In this document: in pieces, positions 20,327 through 32,491 of the stretch
Layout of the letters: each line of letters opens with the position of its first letter
Position numbering within the stretch: position 1 is the first letter of the stretch
From: Methanobacteriota archaeon
GTDB taxonomy: Archaea; JAADCQ01; Methanopyri; Methanopyrales; Methanopyraceae
NCBI GenBank assembly: GCA_027064425.1
Contig: JAMOPO010000015.1
Location: 288,001 to 352,000 of the forward strand
DNA length: 64,000 nucleotides
Direction: 5' to 3'
Program-made: the position numbers and the translations under genes
Notes under the pieces: model-generated
What the model was told of the DNA's origin: nothing
Seen by the model: only the letters and a program-made list of their open reading frames with translations
Database searches by the model: none

Positions 20327-20450
20327 GCGGCGGCTGCTGGCGCTCGTGGTCCGGATCGCACCGCTGGCCGCCACGATCACGCTCGTCCTGGGCTTCATCG
20401 TCCTGGTTTTGCTCCTTCTGACCGGGCACGCGAAGTTGCCCGGACGCTGA
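20310..20450 (+). CDS. Small single-pass membrane protein (46 aa), below ORF-track cutoff
   Basis: TTG start 6 nt after GGTGA RBS; MREEDKRRLLALVVRIAPLAATITLVLGFIVLVLLLLTGHAKLPGR. Confidence 0.55.
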   Translation: MREEDKRRLLALVVRIAPLAATITLVLGFIVLVLLLLTGHAKLPGR

Positions 20451-20567
20451 TTCGGTTAGATCTGATCACCCCCAATACCGACGGGATGCACCCAAAACCT
20501 AAAGAACCCTGATCTACCGAACGTACCGGACCCTGGCCCACGAACACCCGATCGGGGGGAAATCCCG

Positions 20568-21035
20568 ATGGCGGTTGAGCTGCCCAAGGCCGCCATCGAG
20601 CGGATCTTCCGGCAGGGTATTGGCGAGCGGAGGCTGAGCCAGGAGGCCAAGGACGTGATCTACGAGTTCGTCCCGAACATGGCCCGGTACGCCGCTGAGG
20701 CCGCCAAGGCCATCCTGGACGCCTCAGGGAAGAAGACGCTCATGGAGGAGCACCTGGAGGCGCTGACCAAGGTCCTGATGGTGGACGGCGTCGAGGACTA
20801 CGACGGCGAGCTCTTCGGTCGGGCCACCGTGCGGCGCATCCTCAAGCGAGCCGGCGTCGAGCGAGCCAGCGCTGACGCCGTGGACCTGTACAACAAGCTG
20901 ATCTGCCGGATCACCGAGGAGCTGGGTGAGATGGCGGCCGAGTACGCCGACGAGGACGACCGGAAGACGGTGCAGCGCGAGGACGTCGAGAAGGCCATCA
21001 CCTGCACCATGCCACGCGCCGACGAGTTCCTCTAA
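20568..21035 (+). CDS. hmk: Doublet (tandem-fold) archaeal histone HMk
   Basis: Two histone folds: ELPKAAIERI...GKKTLM and FGRATVRRILK...RKTVQREDV. Confidence 0.93.
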   Translation: MAVELPKAAIERIFRQGIGERRLSQEAKDVIYEFVPNMARYAAEAAKAILDASGKKTLMEEHLEALTKVLMVDGVEDYDGELFGRATVRRILKRAGVERASADAVDLYNKLICRITEELGEMAAEYADEDDRKTVQREDVEKAITCTMPRADEFL

Positions 21036-23302
21036 CCCCCACCCCCCTCACGCCCCCACAGGAACTTTCTGATCTCCCTCGCCCGGCGCTCCCCTATCCC
21101 CTCCACCCGCTTCAACTCGCTGACGTCCGCCGTGACTACTTCTCCCACGGAACCGAACCTCTCCAGCAACCTCCTCGCTAGTTCCGGACCCACGCCCGGA
21201 ATGCACGAGAGCATCTCAACCCTGAGGTCATCCACGCTCCTCCTCCGCCTCGGCTGCGCGGGACGCTCATCCCTCGCCACCCGCCGCGCCATGCGGTAGA
21301 GCAGCTCGGCCGTTTCACCCGGGCCCGACGACTGCAGCACGGTCAGGCCGAAGTCCACGGCCAGCGCCGCGAGCGCCCCGTCCACGGACTCCGGCTCCAC
21401 CTCCCGCCGCGGGTTCCCCTCCACGATCAGGACCGGTCGCTCGAACTCCCGCGCCAGCTCTCGGGCCTGATCCATGAGCCGACCGTCCTTTAGCGACTCC
21501 GCGAAGTCCCGCTCCGACTTCCGCTCCACCCCAACCCGCTCACCGATGACGTAGTCGGCCACCTCCAGGTTATCGCGCTCGAGCCTCACCGGCCGCCGCC
21601 GAAGGTGTTCCACCACCTTCGTGTTCATTTCTCGGGAGTCCACCAGTATCGTCGGGACGTGGGGCGGGACCCGCTCCTCCTCTTCCTCCCGCTCCCCCCG
21701 ACCGCCGGACGACCGGATGAACTCCCTGAGCGATACGCTCCCGCGGGTCCTCCCGCGCCCCTTCCGCCGAACCACCCGGCGTCCCCCGCGGGACGGCCGA
21801 CCCTCGCCCCCGCGCGAGCGCAGCCTCTCCTGCACCTTCCTAACCACCCGCAGCATCTTCCGCTCCCGGGCCCTGGAAACGTAGAAGTAAATCTCGTCGA
21901 GCGTGGAGAACCGGCCCCGGGAGACGAGCACGTAGGCCGTCCCGGACGCCCCGTCCCGCGCCGTCCGGCCGATCCGCTGCACGGTCCGGATCTCGGACGG
22001 CACGGGCTCGTACAGGACCACCCGGTCACAGGCCGGCAGGTCGAGCCCCTCCTCACCGACGCTCGTGGATATCAGCACCCGGGCCTCACCCGTCCTGACC
22101 CGGTTGATCGCCTCCAGCTGCTCCCGCTCGCTCATGTGCTGCTTACCGAGGAGCAGCGAGGTGGAGACGCCCTCGCTCTCCAGGAACCTTCTGAGAAGCT
22201 TCGCCGTGTCGGTGTACTGGGTGAAGACCAGGCCCGTCTCCGCCTCCTCCACGAGCTCGAGGACGCGCGGCAGTTTAGGATGGTCCGGCTTGCCCTCGTT
22301 CGCGGCGCGCTTGGCCACCTTCACGGCACGCTGGAAGTCCGGGTCGCCGAGCACGCGCTTGAGCGCCATGCCCCCGCGCTTCTCTCGCAGGCGCTCGAAG
22401 TACCGCAGGAACGGACCCACGCCCTGCGTCTCCAGGATTTCACGCCCCTTAGCCAGCCTGAGCGCCTCCGCGACCACACCGAGCGCGCGGGAGTAGAAGT
22501 CCGCGCGCTCCCGCCTCCTGGCCTTAAGCTCCCGCAGCTCCTCCCGGAGGGAGAGCAGCTTGCCCGTCCAGACCCGCGAGGTTCGGTCCAGGAAGCCCAT
22601 ATCCTTGAGCGTCTCGAGCCGGCGCTTGTACGCCCGCTGCAGTCCCTCGCGAGCCTCCTCGAACCAGTCGGGCAGCTCCACGTCCACCCACTCGACGTCC
22701 ACGCGACCCAGGTACGGCTTGACGTCCGGGTCGTCCTCCGTCTTGACGATAATCCGCTCGATCCCGAGGTTCCTCACCACCTCCTGAACCCTCTCGACGT
22801 CGGAGCCGGGGGAGGCGGTCAGGCCCACGATCAGGCCGTCCAGCTCCCGGGCCACGTACACGTAGGGGTAGCCGCCGACGGCGCGGTGGGCCTCGTCGAA
22901 GACCGTGACCGTGAACCGACTCGGGTCCACCCGGCCCTCGATCACGTCGTTCCGGACGACGTGGGGCGTGGCCACCACCACGTCCGCCTTCTTCCACAGG
23001 GTCTCACGCTCGTCCGGCTTCACCCGGCCCGTCAGCTCCAGCACACTCACGCCCCTCATCACTCGCTCGATGAACCGGGCGTGCTGCTCCACGAGCGGGA
23101 CGGTGGGGGCCAGCATCAGGGCCTGACCGCCGGACTCCTCCAGCACCCCGGCGATCACCAGGACCCCGACGGCCGTCTTGCCCAGTCCCGTGGGCATCAC
23201 GACGAGCGTGTTCTCACCGTGCTCCAGGATCTCCCGGGCCGCGTTGACCTGATAGTCCCGGCGCTCCAGCACGTCCCAGCGGATCAGTCTCCACCCGACC
23301 AT
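21032..23302 (-). CDS. hef: Hef helicase/ERCC4 nuclease
   Basis: PTGLGKT, DEAHR, LTASPG, QRIGRT, VDSRE, VERKS, C-terminal (HhH)2. Confidence 0.93.
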   Translation of the reverse strand: MVGWRLIRWDVLERRDYQVNAAREILEHGENTLVVMPTGLGKTAVGVLVIAGVLEESGGQALMLAPTVPLVEQHARFIERVMRGVSVLELTGRVKPDERETLWKKADVVVATPHVVRNDVIEGRVDPSRFTVTVFDEAHRAVGGYPYVYVARELDGLIVGLTASPGSDVERVQEVVRNLGIERIIVKTEDDPDVKPYLGRVDVEWVDVELPDWFEEAREGLQRAYKRRLETLKDMGFLDRTSRVWTGKLLSLREELRELKARRRERADFYSRALGVVAEALRLAKGREILETQGVGPFLRYFERLREKRGGMALKRVLGDPDFQRAVKVAKRAANEGKPDHPKLPRVLELVEEAETGLVFTQYTDTAKLLRRFLESEGVSTSLLLGKQHMSEREQLEAINRVRTGEARVLISTSVGEEGLDLPACDRVVLYEPVPSEIRTVQRIGRTARDGASGTAYVLVSRGRFSTLDEIYFYVSRARERKMLRVVRKVQERLRSRGGEGRPSRGGRRVVRRKGRGRTRGSVSLREFIRSSGGRGEREEEEERVPPHVPTILVDSREMNTKVVEHLRRRPVRLERDNLEVADYVIGERVGVERKSERDFAESLKDGRLMDQARELAREFERPVLIVEGNPRREVEPESVDGALAALAVDFGLTVLQSSGPGETAELLYRMARRVARDERPAQPRRRRSVDDLRVEMLSCIPGVGPELARRLLERFGSVGEVVTADVSELKRVEGIGERRAREIRKFLWGREGGGG

Positions 23303-24060
23303 TTTCTGAGAACCTCCTCCGCCCGCTCTCGGAACCTTTCGACGGCCTCCTCCGGATCGTCGCACTCGGACACGATCTCGCGCCGGATGCGGCTCAGCAC
23401 CTCACCCAACTCCTGGGACGCCGTCCCCTCCTCGGCGGCCCTCCTCATAATCTCACCCATCACCTTCCTGGTGGCCTGGTCCACCTCGTCCACGGACTCC
23501 GGGGTGGGGCGCCGCTCCCTCCCCTCCCTCCGCGGCCGCTGAACCTCCAGCCCGGACCTGACGAACTCGAGGACTTCTTCCGTGACCTCGGCGTCGTCTA
23601 GCCGCAGCGCCCGGCGCTCCCACCACCGGTCCGGGTCCGGCGGCTCGAATCGCTCGTGGAGGCGCTTCACGACCTCGTCGGGGACGGGTCGACCCCGCTC
23701 GGCGTTCCTGCGCAGGCACTCCCTCAGCGGCACGTCCAGCCAAACGATGCCCCAGGGCGCCTCGCGCTCTAGGGCCAGCTTGGCCAGCTCTCGGCGCATG
23801 CTGGCGTAGTAGTTGGTGTCGTCGGCGATGACGAGGTCCAGCTCCTCCTCAAGCAGGGTCTCCACCACCCGGAGGAAGGCCCGACGGGCGACCTTCTCGA
23901 GCCTGGGCTTGAACTCACCCTGCCAGAGGAAGCCTCGGATGGCGTCGGCCTCCACGTGGGCGACGTCCCAGCCATCCCCGCGCAGGGTTCGAGCCAGCCC
24001 GCGCGCGAAACACGTTTTACCCGACGCGGGTGGTCCAGCCAGGATCAGTAGCCTCGTCAC
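23284..24060 (-). CDS. pstK: O-phosphoseryl-tRNA(Sec) kinase
   Basis: [33 protein letters not shown]-terminal helical [11 protein letters not shown]. Confidence 0.82.
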   Translation of the reverse strand: MTRLLILAGPPASGKTCFARGLARTLRGDGWDVAHVEADAIRGFLWQGEFKPRLEKVARRAFLRVVETLLEEELDLVIADDTNYYASMRRELAKLALEREAPWGIVWLDVPLRECLRRNAERGRPVPDEVVKRLHERFEPPDPDRWWERRALRLDDAEVTEEVLEFVRSGLEVQRPRREGRERRPTPESVDEVDQATRKVMGEIMRRAAEEGTASQELGEVLSRIRREIVSECDDPEEAVERFRERAEEVLRKWSGGD

Positions 24061-24083
24061 CGGATCACCCCGGGGTGATCGGG

Positions 24084-25082
24084 TTGGGTCTCAAAGACAA
24101 GCTCGGGGGCTCGCGCGAGCCTCGGTACCTGTTCTTCGGAGGGAAGGGCGGGGTGGGCAAGACGACCTGCGCGGCCGCGACCGCGGTCTGGCTGGCGGAG
24201 CACGAGGACAAGGAGGTGCTCGTGGTCTCGACGGACCCGGCCCACTCGCTCTCGGACTCGTTCGACCAGGACATTGGCTCGGAGCCGACGCCCATCGAGG
24301 GTGTGGAGGGGCTTAAGGGGATCGAGATCGATCCGGAGAAGGCGGCGGAGGAGTACGTGGAGACGCTGAGACGGGTCTACGAGATGACGGACGACGAGAG
24401 CCTGAAGGAGGTGTTCGGTGGCGAGGACATGCTCAAGGAGCAGGAGGAGTTGCTGAAGAGCTCACCCGGTATCGACGAGGCTGCGGCCTTCCAGAAGTTC
24501 ATGGAGTTCATGCGCGACGACTCGTACGACGTGATCGTGTTCGACACGGCGCCCACGGGTCACACGCTGCGGTTCCTGTCGATTCCGGAGGCGCTGGAGC
24601 GGCAGGTCAAGACGATGATCAAGGTGCGGAAGACGCTGCGACAGGTCAGCAAGATGCTCAAGTCGCTGATCCCGTTCGCGGGCGGCGAGGAGGAGGAAGA
24701 GGAGGATGAGATCCTGGACAACCTGGAGCAGATGAAGGAGGAGATCGAGGAGGTGCGGGAGATCCTCAGTGACGCCTCGCAGACGGCGTTCCGGCTGGTG
24801 GTCACCCCGGAGGAGATGGCCATTTACGAGGCTCGGCGGGCCCTTCGGACGCTGAACCACTACGAGATCCCAGTGGACATGGTTATCGTGAACAAGGTGA
24901 TGCCGAAGCGGGCCGAGGAGTGCGAGTTCTGCCGGACGCGGCGTGAGATGGAGGAGAAGCGGCTGGAGCTGGTGGAGAAGTACTTCGGTGACAAGGAGAT
25001 CGTGCAGGTCCCCATGTTCGCCGAGGAGGTCCGCGGGCTGGACAAGATTCGAGAGGTGGCGGAGGTGCTGTACGGAGAGTAG
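24084..25082 (+). CDS. ArsA/GET3 (TRC40) family ATPase
   Basis: [42 protein letters not shown]. Confidence 0.93.
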   Translation: MGLKDKLGGSREPRYLFFGGKGGVGKTTCAAATAVWLAEHEDKEVLVVSTDPAHSLSDSFDQDIGSEPTPIEGVEGLKGIEIDPEKAAEEYVETLRRVYEMTDDESLKEVFGGEDMLKEQEELLKSSPGIDEAAAFQKFMEFMRDDSYDVIVFDTAPTGHTLRFLSIPEALERQVKTMIKVRKTLRQVSKMLKSLIPFAGGEEEEEEDEILDNLEQMKEEIEEVREILSDASQTAFRLVVTPEEMAIYEARRALRTLNHYEIPVDMVIVNKVMPKRAEECEFCRTRREMEEKRLELVEKYFGDKEIVQVPMFAEEVRGLDKIREVAEVLYGE

Positions 25083-25745
25083 GTGAGGATCGCGTTGAGG
25101 CGGTTCGAGCTGCACGCTCATACCTGCCTTACGGATGGGGAGCTGCTGCCGGCGGAGTTTCTCCGGCGGGCGGAGGAGCTGGACCACGAGGTGCTGGTGT
25201 TCTCCGAGCACGTGGATCCCTCGAACCTAGAGGACGCGGTGACGCGGCTGGCGGAGGCCTGCGACCGGCTGCGCGGGTACTACGAGACCGAGCCGGTGCC
25301 CGGGGCGGAGCTGACGCACGTTCCGCCGGAGCTGATCCCGGAGCTGGCGGAGGAGGCTCGGGATAACGGGGCCGAGCTGGTCCTGGTGCACGGTGAGACG
25401 CCGGCGGAGCCGGTGAAAGAGGGGACGAATCGGGCTGCGGTGGAGTGCGACGCGGTGGACGTGCTGGCGCACCCGGGGCTCATCGATCTGGAAACGGCCA
25501 GACTCGCCGCGGAAAACGGCGTGGCGCTGGAGCTCTCCGCGAAGCACGGGCACTGCCTGGCCAACGGGTGGGTGGCGCGGGTCGCCCTGGAGGTCGACGC
25601 GCCCCTGGTCCTGAACACGGACGCGCACAGGCCCTCGGACCTGCTCTCCCCCGAGGAGGCAGAGGTGATCGTGCGCGGGGCTGGAATCCCGAGAAAGATG
25701 GCGCGTTGGGTGCTGGAGGAGGTGCCCAGGCGGCTGCTGCGCTAA
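25083..25745 (+). CDS. PHP-family hydrolase (histidinol phosphatase-like domain)
   Basis: LHAHT..DG, ELTHVPP, VHGET, LAHPG, TDAH. Confidence 0.88.
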   Translation: MRIALRRFELHAHTCLTDGELLPAEFLRRAEELDHEVLVFSEHVDPSNLEDAVTRLAEACDRLRGYYETEPVPGAELTHVPPELIPELAEEARDNGAELVLVHGETPAEPVKEGTNRAAVECDAVDVLAHPGLIDLETARLAAENGVALELSAKHGHCLANGWVARVALEVDAPLVLNTDAHRPSDLLSPEEAEVIVRGAGIPRKMARWVLEEVPRRLLR

Positions 25746-27262
25746 CCCTTGACCACGCCGATGGGTCGCAGCCGGACGACCGGGTCGGAGATGCCCGCCT
25801 CGGCGACCGCCTTGACGACCTCGTCCACGTCCTTGTACGCCGGTGGTGCCTCCTCGGCCACCACCGGCATGCTCGCCGCCTTGACCAGGATGCCCTGTCG
25901 CTCCAGCTCCTTGGCGACGTCCTCGCCCCAGAACTTCCGCTTCGCCGCGGCCCGGCTCATCGTCCGGCCCGCGCCGTGGCAGGTGCTGCCCCACGTCTCC
26001 TCCATGGCCTTCTCGGTGCCGACCAAGATGTACGAGCCCGTGCCCATGTCACCCGGGATCAGCACCGGCTGCGGCAGGCCCTTGAACGGTACCGGCTCGC
26101 CGTGCTGCTTCAGCGCCTCCTCCGTGAACGCCCGCGTAGCTCCCTTCCGGTGCACGACCAGCCACTTCTCCTCACCGTCGACCGGGTGCCTCTCGATCTT
26201 GGCCATGTTGTGCGCGATGTCGTAGATCACCTCGATGCCCATGTCCTCCGCGTCCCCGTACTCGTCGCCGAACACCTCCACGAAGGACTCCCGCGTCCAG
26301 TGCGAGATCATCTGCCGGTTCGCGAACGCGTAGTTCGCCGCCGCGTTCATCGCGTTGAAGTACCGCTTCGCGTCGTCCGTGCCCATGGCCGCGCACGCCA
26401 GCTGCCGGTCCGGGATTTTCACGCCGAACCGCCGCTCTACGTCGCGCATCGACTTCTCCATGATCCGCAGGTGGTCCGAGCAGACCTGGTGACCGAATCC
26501 TCGCGAGCCCGTGTGGACCATGATCGTGACCTGGCCCTCCTCCTTGATGCCCATCTTCTCGGCGGCCTCCTTGTTGTAGATCTCATCCACCACCTGGATC
26601 TCCAGGAAGTGGTTGCCCGAACCCAGCGTGCCCAGCTGCGGCCGACCGCGCTCGATCGCCCGCTTGCTCGCCACGTCGTCCCGCGGCCCGTACTCCTCCC
26701 AGCCGATCTCCTCGTACGCGTGCGACATGTTACCCCGCGACTCGATCCGCTCCAGGTCCTCCTCGTAACCGTACCCCTCCTCCACCGCCCACTCGGCACC
26801 GTACAACATCACCTGCCGCAGCTCCTGCGTGGTCAGCCTCACCTTCCGGTGCCGGGAGCCCAGGCCGGCCGGCACGTTCCTGAAGATCGTTTCCAGCAGC
26901 TCCTTCAGCTTCGGCCGCACGTCCTCCTCCGTCAGGTCCGTCTTCATGACGCGCACGCCGCAGTTGATGTCGTAGCCCACGCCGCCCGGGCTGACCACGC
27001 CATCCTCCACGTCGAACGCCGCGACGCCGCCGATCGGGAAGCCGTAACCGTAGTGAGCGTCCGGCAGCGCGATCGAGTGCTTGTAGATGCCCGGCAGGCA
27101 GGCCACGTTCGCCACCTGGTCGAACACGCCCTTCTCCATCTCATCGATCAGCTTCTCGGTCGCGTAAATGCGGCCGGGCACCCTCATGCAGCCCTGATAG
27201 TCCTCCGGCAGCTCCCAAACGACGTTGTCACGGACGTGCTTCAGCATCGACTTCGGAGCCAT
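25742..27262 (-). CDS. rtcB: tRNA-splicing ligase RtcB (intein-free)
   Basis: [44 protein letters not shown]. Confidence 0.97.
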   Translation of the reverse strand: MAPKSMLKHVRDNVVWELPEDYQGCMRVPGRIYATEKLIDEMEKGVFDQVANVACLPGIYKHSIALPDAHYGYGFPIGGVAAFDVEDGVVSPGGVGYDINCGVRVMKTDLTEEDVRPKLKELLETIFRNVPAGLGSRHRKVRLTTQELRQVMLYGAEWAVEEGYGYEEDLERIESRGNMSHAYEEIGWEEYGPRDDVASKRAIERGRPQLGTLGSGNHFLEIQVVDEIYNKEAAEKMGIKEEGQVTIMVHTGSRGFGHQVCSDHLRIMEKSMRDVERRFGVKIPDRQLACAAMGTDDAKRYFNAMNAAANYAFANRQMISHWTRESFVEVFGDEYGDAEDMGIEVIYDIAHNMAKIERHPVDGEEKWLVVHRKGATRAFTEEALKQHGEPVPFKGLPQPVLIPGDMGTGSYILVGTEKAMEETWGSTCHGAGRTMSRAAAKRKFWGEDVAKELERQGILVKAASMPVVAEEAPPAYKDVDEVVKAVAEAGISDPVVRLRPIGVVKG

Positions 27263-27267
27263 CCTCG

Positions 27268-27942
27268 TCACCCCCGGGCCAGGACCTCCACCTCTCCGGA
27301 GGCCCTAGCACGCGCGCCTTCTTTCAAATATTGAACGGCCCGCTCCAGCGCCTCCTTCAGGTACTCGGGCTCCACCCCCGGCGCCCCGTGGGCCACCAGC
27401 AGCACCCGCTCCGTGTCCTCCCGCACCGCCGTCCGGCGCGAGTCCCGGTACGGCGAGACCGACACCGGGCCCTCCTCGTCCGCCAGGACCACCATGTCCT
27501 CCGACAGCTCCACCTCCTCGCCCGCAATGTCCACCATCCGCTCTCCCTCGCGCGCCGGCCGGATCACCAGCCTCCCGACCAGCGCGTCCCGGTCGAAGCA
27601 GCTGATCGGTACCCGGTACTCCGCGGACGCCAGGTTGTAAGAGTCCACGACCGCATTGATGCGCGGGAACCGACCCCGCAGGGCCCGCCTAAGCAGCGCC
27701 TCACCGGCCGGCCGCGTCTTCGTCGGGTCGATTCCAATGGACCACAGGTAGTCCCGGTAGGCTCGCACCACCGGGTCGTCCTTCAGCCCCTCCAGGTCGA
27801 ACCGCTCCCGCAGCCTCTCCGTCACCCGCTCCACCAGGTCGCCGGCGTCCGCCGAGGGATCGACCCCATCCACCTCCACGTACGCGAAGGACAGGCCCCG
27901 CTCCAGCACCTCATCCTCCACCCTCACCTCCAACCGGTTCAC
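27268..27942 (-). CDS. Stand-alone B3/B4 (PheRS-beta editing-like) domain protein
   Basis: [35 protein letters not shown]. Confidence 0.88.
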   Translation of the reverse strand: MNRLEVRVEDEVLERGLSFAYVEVDGVDPSADAGDLVERVTERLRERFDLEGLKDDPVVRAYRDYLWSIGIDPTKTRPAGEALLRRALRGRFPRINAVVDSYNLASAEYRVPISCFDRDALVGRLVIRPAREGERMVDIAGEEVELSEDMVVLADEEGPVSVSPYRDSRRTAVREDTERVLLVAHGAPGVEPEYLKEALERAVQYLKEGARARASGEVEVLARG

Positions 27943-28507
27943 CCCCGACCCGGTCGAGGACCAACATCACGCGGTCCCCATGCTCCTCGAACTCGGAGAC
28001 CCTCCACTCGCGGCCGAAAGCCGCGGCCACCAGCTCGCAGGACACCCACTCGTTGTTCCCCGTCAGCAGGTGGATCAGCCTGGTCGCCGCTCGGGCCACC
28101 CGGCTCGCCGGGTTCGGCAGCACGATGACCGCCCGAGCCCCGCGAGCCGTCACCCGGGTCACTTCCCGCGCCGCGACCCTCAGGTTCAGGTGCTGCAGGA
28201 CCTCCGAGAGCACCACCCCATCGAAATACCCGTCGGGGAGCGGCAGGTCGTGCGCGTCGGCGCGTAAGAACCGGACGTTTTCCCGGCTCGTCCGGGCCCG
28301 CGACGCCCGGATCATCCGAGCGTTGACGTCCACCCCAACGACCTCTGAGCAGTGCCGGGCCAGCCGCCGCGTCAGGTACCCCGTGGCGCACCCCACGTCC
28401 AGAACCCTGCGCCGCCCACGCAGCCGCCGAACCACCTCCTCGACCAGTCGCTCCGGGAGCGAGATCGGGGACGCCTCGTACACCGCCGCGAGCACCGAGT
28501 AGAACAT
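27911..28507 (-). CDS. Class I SAM-dependent methyltransferase
   Basis: VLDVGCATG, GVD, ADAHDLPL..FD; ATG start at 28507 assumed. Confidence 0.85.
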   Translation of the reverse strand: MFYSVLAAVYEASPISLPERLVEEVVRRLRGRRRVLDVGCATGYLTRRLARHCSEVVGVDVNARMIRASRARTSRENVRFLRADAHDLPLPDGYFDGVVLSEVLQHLNLRVAAREVTRVTARGARAVIVLPNPASRVARAATRLIHLLTGNNEWVSCELVAAAFGREWRVSEFEEHGDRVMLVLDRVGGEPVGGEGGG

Positions 28508-28559
28508 TTTTTGACGGAGCCTCTCCCGGGACCGGCCCACCCGCAAGTTCCCCCCGGGG

Positions 28560-29453
28560 ATGTGCGCCTTGAACGTGGCACCCATCATTCTAGCCGCGGT
28601 AGCGCTGGCCACGGCACCGCTCGCCGCGGGATATGCCCCCGTCCCGAAGCCGCCGGAGATCCAGACGGAGAAGCAGGCGGAGGAGCTCAAGGTTGGGCAA
28701 AAGGTCGAGGGCAAGGTTATCAAAAAGGTCGTTCAGTCCCAGCGGGCCGTCATCTACGTCAAGCCCTCCCGGCGCTCGGGCAAGGTCTATCGGGTACAGG
28801 TGCCGCCGAGCGTGGCGAAGAAGGTGAAACCGGGCACCGTCGTTGAGGTCTACAGGACCGAGCGAGGCACCGTGGTCAGGCCGGTGGGTGGCGCCGCGAG
28901 GACGGGAGGAGGTCGGGTCGGCCGGGTCCCAGCTGGGGGTGCCCCGGCGACGCCGACAGCGCGGGGAGGGACGACCGTGACTCCGGCGGCCGGACACTCG
29001 CCCAGCTACGCCGGTCACGCCGGCGCCCGGTACGCGCCGAGTGGTGAGGTCGCCCCATCGTCCCAGCCAACCGGCGCCGCAGGGGCCGGAGCCGGTGCGG
29101 CCGGAGCTGCCGGCGGGGTGACTGCGCCTGCGACCGGTGCCGGTGGTGGAGGGGGCGGAGCGGGCGGTGCTGGCGGAGGCGCCGGAGGTGCTGGAGCGAC
29201 CAAGAAGCAGCCGGGGGAACCGAGTGGTGGTAAGAAAGAGGTGAGAGGTAAGAGCGCGGGCAAGCCCGCGGGTGCCGGACCCGCGAAGCGGGGTCAGGCG
29301 GGGCCGGGATCGGCTGGAGTCTTCAGCCGGGAGGCACTGTCGTCAGGTGGTGAGTGGCTGCCCTACCTGGCGGCGGTGGCGTTGGTGGGAACGGCGGCCG
29401 CGGGTGCGTGGGCGGTGCTGAAACGGCGCCGGGAGTCGGAGTGGGAGTTATGA
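28560..29453 (+). CDS. Secreted, membrane-anchored protein with Gly/Ala/Thr-rich linker
   Basis: N-terminal signal peptide, small beta (OB-like) domain, low-complexity linker, C-terminal TM helix plus KRRR. Confidence 0.7.
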   Translation: MCALNVAPIILAAVALATAPLAAGYAPVPKPPEIQTEKQAEELKVGQKVEGKVIKKVVQSQRAVIYVKPSRRSGKVYRVQVPPSVAKKVKPGTVVEVYRTERGTVVRPVGGAARTGGGRVGRVPAGGAPATPTARGGTTVTPAAGHSPSYAGHAGARYAPSGEVAPSSQPTGAAGAGAGAAGAAGGVTAPATGAGGGGGGAGGAGGGAGGAGATKKQPGEPSGGKKEVRGKSAGKPAGAGPAKRGQAGPGSAGVFSREALSSGGEWLPYLAAVALVGTAAAGAWAVLKRRRESEWEL

Positions 29454-29489
29454 ATCAGGGGTTAGCGTCCCGTAAGGGGGGCGTTAAAG

Positions 29490-29867
29490 ATGGCCGAGTT
29501 CGAGGACACGGGCTTTGGTTGGGTGAAGTACGGCAGTGAGCGGTACGATCACGATATCTACGTGGACACGGAGGGCAACGTGCACCGGCGTGAGAAGAAC
29601 CTCTCACGCCAGAAGTTCGGCACGAGTCACCGCCTCTCCGCGGACGAGATCGAGCGGCTGCTGGAGCTGTGCGACGAGGAGCCGGACGTGATCGTGGTGG
29701 GCACGGGGCAGAACGGCGTGCTGACGGTGACCGATGAGGCCAGGGAGCTCTGTGAGGAGCGCGGGATCGAGCTGGTGGATCTGCGGACGCCGGAGGCCAT
29801 CGAGCGGTTCAACGAGCTGAAGGAGGAGGGCAAGCGGGTCGCGGCGATCATCCACACCACGTGCTAG
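29490..29867 (+). CDS. Mth938-like (DUF498) protein
   Basis: [30 protein letters not shown]. Confidence 0.9.
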   Translation: MAEFEDTGFGWVKYGSERYDHDIYVDTEGNVHRREKNLSRQKFGTSHRLSADEIERLLELCDEEPDVIVVGTGQNGVLTVTDEARELCEERGIELVDLRTPEAIERFNELKEEGKRVAAIIHTTC

Positions 29868-30625
29868 GGTCCGAACTCCACCTCGATGTACTCCCTGGTT
29901 CGCTCGTCCTGCGGGTTGTTGAACAGCTCCTTGGTCTCGTTGGCCTCCACTAATTCTCCTTTCAGGAAGAACGCCGTGTAGTCGCCGATCCGGTAGGCCT
30001 GCGGTAGTATGTGCGTGACGAAGACGATGGTCACCTCGCCGCGCAGCTCGAGCACCGTCTCCTCGATCTTCCTGGTGGCGATGGGGTCCAGGTCGGACGT
30101 TGGCTCGTCCATGAGGAGCACGTCCGGGTCCACGGCGAGGGCCCGCGCGATGCAGAGCCGCTGCTGCTGGCCGCCGGAGAGCGCGGAGGCGGGGTCGTCC
30201 AGCCGGTCCTCGACCTCGTCCAGCAGGGCCGCCTTCTCCAGGGCCTCGTACACGCGGTCCTCGATCTCGTCCTCGTCCATTCCCATGAGGCGCAGCCCGT
30301 AGGCCACGTTGTCGTAGATGGACATCCACGGGAACGGGTTAGGGTGCTGGAACACCGTGGCCACCCGGCGCCGGTGCTCGATAATCTCCTCCTCACTCTC
30401 GTACTCTAGGATGTTGTCACCGTCGAACTCGACGACGCCCTCCGTCCTGGCGTACGGGATCTCTTTGATCATCAGGTTCAGGCACCGGATGAACGTGGAC
30501 TTGCCGCAGCCGGACGGGCCGATGATCGTCGTGATCTTCTTCTCCGGAATGTCCAGCGTGATGCCCTTCAGCGCCTCCTTGTCCCCGTAGTACACGTGCA
30601 GGTCGCGCACCTTGAACGCGGCCAT
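29864..30625 (-). CDS. pstB: Phosphate ABC transporter ATPase
   Basis: [38 protein letters not shown]. Confidence 0.95.
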   Translation of the reverse strand: MAAFKVRDLHVYYGDKEALKGITLDIPEKKITTIIGPSGCGKSTFIRCLNLMIKEIPYARTEGVVEFDGDNILEYESEEEIIEHRRRVATVFQHPNPFPWMSIYDNVAYGLRLMGMDEDEIEDRVYEALEKAALLDEVEDRLDDPASALSGGQQQRLCIARALAVDPDVLLMDEPTSDLDPIATRKIEETVLELRGEVTIVFVTHILPQAYRIGDYTAFFLKGELVEANETKELFNNPQDERTREYIEVEFGP

Positions 30626-30629
30626 GGTG

Positions 30630-32411
30630 CTACACCCGCCGCCCCACCCTCCGCTCGAACTTGTCTCGCATGTAGATCGCCAGGAAGTTCAGGCTCAGGG
30701 TCACGAGGATCAGGACCAGTGCGGCCGCGAAGGCCTTCTGCTTGGCCTCGGGGACCATGAGGTACTCCTTAGCTATTAGGTATATCCTGAACGCCAGCGC
30801 GTCCGTGGGCTGGAGCACGTGCACGAACGGGTTGCTCGAGACCAGTCCGATCATGACCGCGGTGAGGATGATCGGTGCCGCCTCCTCCGCCGCCCGGCAC
30901 ATGGAGAGCGTGATGCCCGCCGTGATCCCCGGCTTGGCCATGGGCAGCAGCACGTCCTTCACCACGTGGTACCACGACGCCCCAACGCCGCGCGCCGCCT
31001 CGATGTACTCCCTTGGAACGGACCGGAAGGCCTCCTCCGCCGTCCTGACCACCACCGGCAGGTTCATCGTCGCCAGCGTCAGCGCGCCGGCGAGCACTGA
31101 GTAACCCATCTTCATGTACACGACGAAGAGCGTCGCGCCGAACAGACCGTACACGATCGAGGGCACGCCCGCCAGCGTGTCGATCGCGAACCTCACCGCC
31201 CGCGTGAACCGGCTCTCACCCGCGAAGTGCGCCAGGTACAGCGCCGTCGGCACGCCGACCAGCACCGCGAACACCGTGGAGTAAAACATCAGCGCCAGCG
31301 TTCCCAGCAGGGCCGGGTACAGCGAGCTGTGCACCGGGTCGCCGATGCTCACCGGGCCGAACAGGGCGTCCCAGCTGAGCGCTCCGATCCCGTTCACGAA
31401 GATGTAGCCGGTGATGCCCACCAACGCGGCCGCCGCGATCACGCCCGCCGCGATCATGAGCCCCGTCATGAGCTTGCTCGCGAGGACGGGGTTCACCCGG
31501 CCGGCCTTCACCTTCCGACGCACCTTGGGCTTCCCGGCGCGCTCCCGGTACCAGTACGTGATCACGATGACCGCCGTCACCATCAGCATCAGCACCAGAC
31601 CCGCGAAGTACAGCGCGTAGTATCCCGGGGAACCCACGGGCAGCACCGTGGCCTGCAGGAGGATGTGTGCGGACAGCGGCCGGCATGGGTCCAGCGGGGA
31701 GTGCGGGATCATCAGCGCGCCGCCCGCGACCAGCGCCACCGCGACCGTCTCGCCCAGGGCCCTCAGTGTGCCCAGCATGCCACCGGCCGCGATTCCGGAC
31801 AGGGCGGCGGGCCACAGCACGGTCCTCACGACCTGCCACCGGGTGGCGCCCATTCCCAGCGCGGCCTCCACGTACTCCCGCGGGACCGAGCGGATGGCCT
31901 CCATCATCACGCTGGTCATGTACGGCAGGATCATGATCGCGACGATGATGCCGGCGACCAGAACCGAGTAGCCCGAGGGAGCGCCTAGGTAGTACCGCGC
32001 GAACGGGACCAGCGTGAGGATGCCGAACAGACCGTAAACGACCGAGGGGATGCCGGCCAGCATGTCGATGGCGGGTCGGAGCGTCCTGCGCAGGAACGTT
32101 GGAGCGAACTCCGCCAGGTACGTGGCGCAGAGCAGCGAGACGGGGAAGGCGATCGCCACGGCGATCGCGGTGACGTACAGGGTCGAGATGATCATCGGCA
32201 GTAGTCCGAGCTTGGGTGGCGTCGACTCCGGGTCCCAGCTCGTGCCGAGCAGGATCTGGCCCAGCGAGTTGAACTGCAGGGCCTTGACACCGTTGAGAGT
32301 TAGGAAGAAGTAGATCCCGACCACCGCGGCGATGGACAGCGCCGCCGCGACCGTGAGCGAGGTGATCATCCGCCGCGTGGTCTGCGCCTGCTCCCGAACG
32401 AGCTCCTTCAA
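30630..32411 (-). CDS. pstCA: Fused phosphate ABC permease PstC-PstA
   Basis: Two permease units in one frame, each with LAG(I/V)PS(V/I)VYGLFG and an EAA loop. Confidence 0.9.
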   Translation of the reverse strand: MKELVREQAQTTRRMITSLTVAAALSIAAVVGIYFFLTLNGVKALQFNSLGQILLGTSWDPESTPPKLGLLPMIISTLYVTAIAVAIAFPVSLLCATYLAEFAPTFLRRTLRPAIDMLAGIPSVVYGLFGILTLVPFARYYLGAPSGYSVLVAGIIVAIMILPYMTSVMMEAIRSVPREYVEAALGMGATRWQVVRTVLWPAALSGIAAGGMLGTLRALGETVAVALVAGGALMIPHSPLDPCRPLSAHILLQATVLPVGSPGYYALYFAGLVLMLMVTAVIVITYWYRERAGKPKVRRKVKAGRVNPVLASKLMTGLMIAAGVIAAAALVGITGYIFVNGIGALSWDALFGPVSIGDPVHSSLYPALLGTLALMFYSTVFAVLVGVPTALYLAHFAGESRFTRAVRFAIDTLAGVPSIVYGLFGATLFVVYMKMGYSVLAGALTLATMNLPVVVRTAEEAFRSVPREYIEAARGVGASWYHVVKDVLLPMAKPGITAGITLSMCRAAEEAAPIILTAVMIGLVSSNPFVHVLQPTDALAFRIYLIAKEYLMVPEAKQKAFAAALVLILVTLSLNFLAIYMRDKFERRVGRRV

Positions 32412-32425
32412 CCCCCTCCCCCCAA

Positions 32426-32444
32426 CGTTAGCTGTCGTTTAACG
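32426..32444. repeat. Spaced palindrome copy 4 (between pstS and pstCA)
   Basis: CGTTA-gctgtcgtt-TAACG. Confidence 0.7.
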
Positions 32445-32491
32445 ATACCCGGGGTTGTAGAAATAATGCACGAGGGGGCGGGCCGGGGACC

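Noticed and set aside
20451-20521. Imperfect inverted repeat TTCGGTTAGATC / GATCTACCGAA upstream of the histone gene
   Set aside because: Single instance with a bulge; cannot be distinguished from chance
10106-21035. Split carB, CbiS fusion and doublet histone as novelties
   Set aside because: Already described in methanogens or M. kandleri
29460-29477. GGTTA-N8-TAAGG as another palindrome copy
   Set aside because: Too degenerate and the spacer length is wrong
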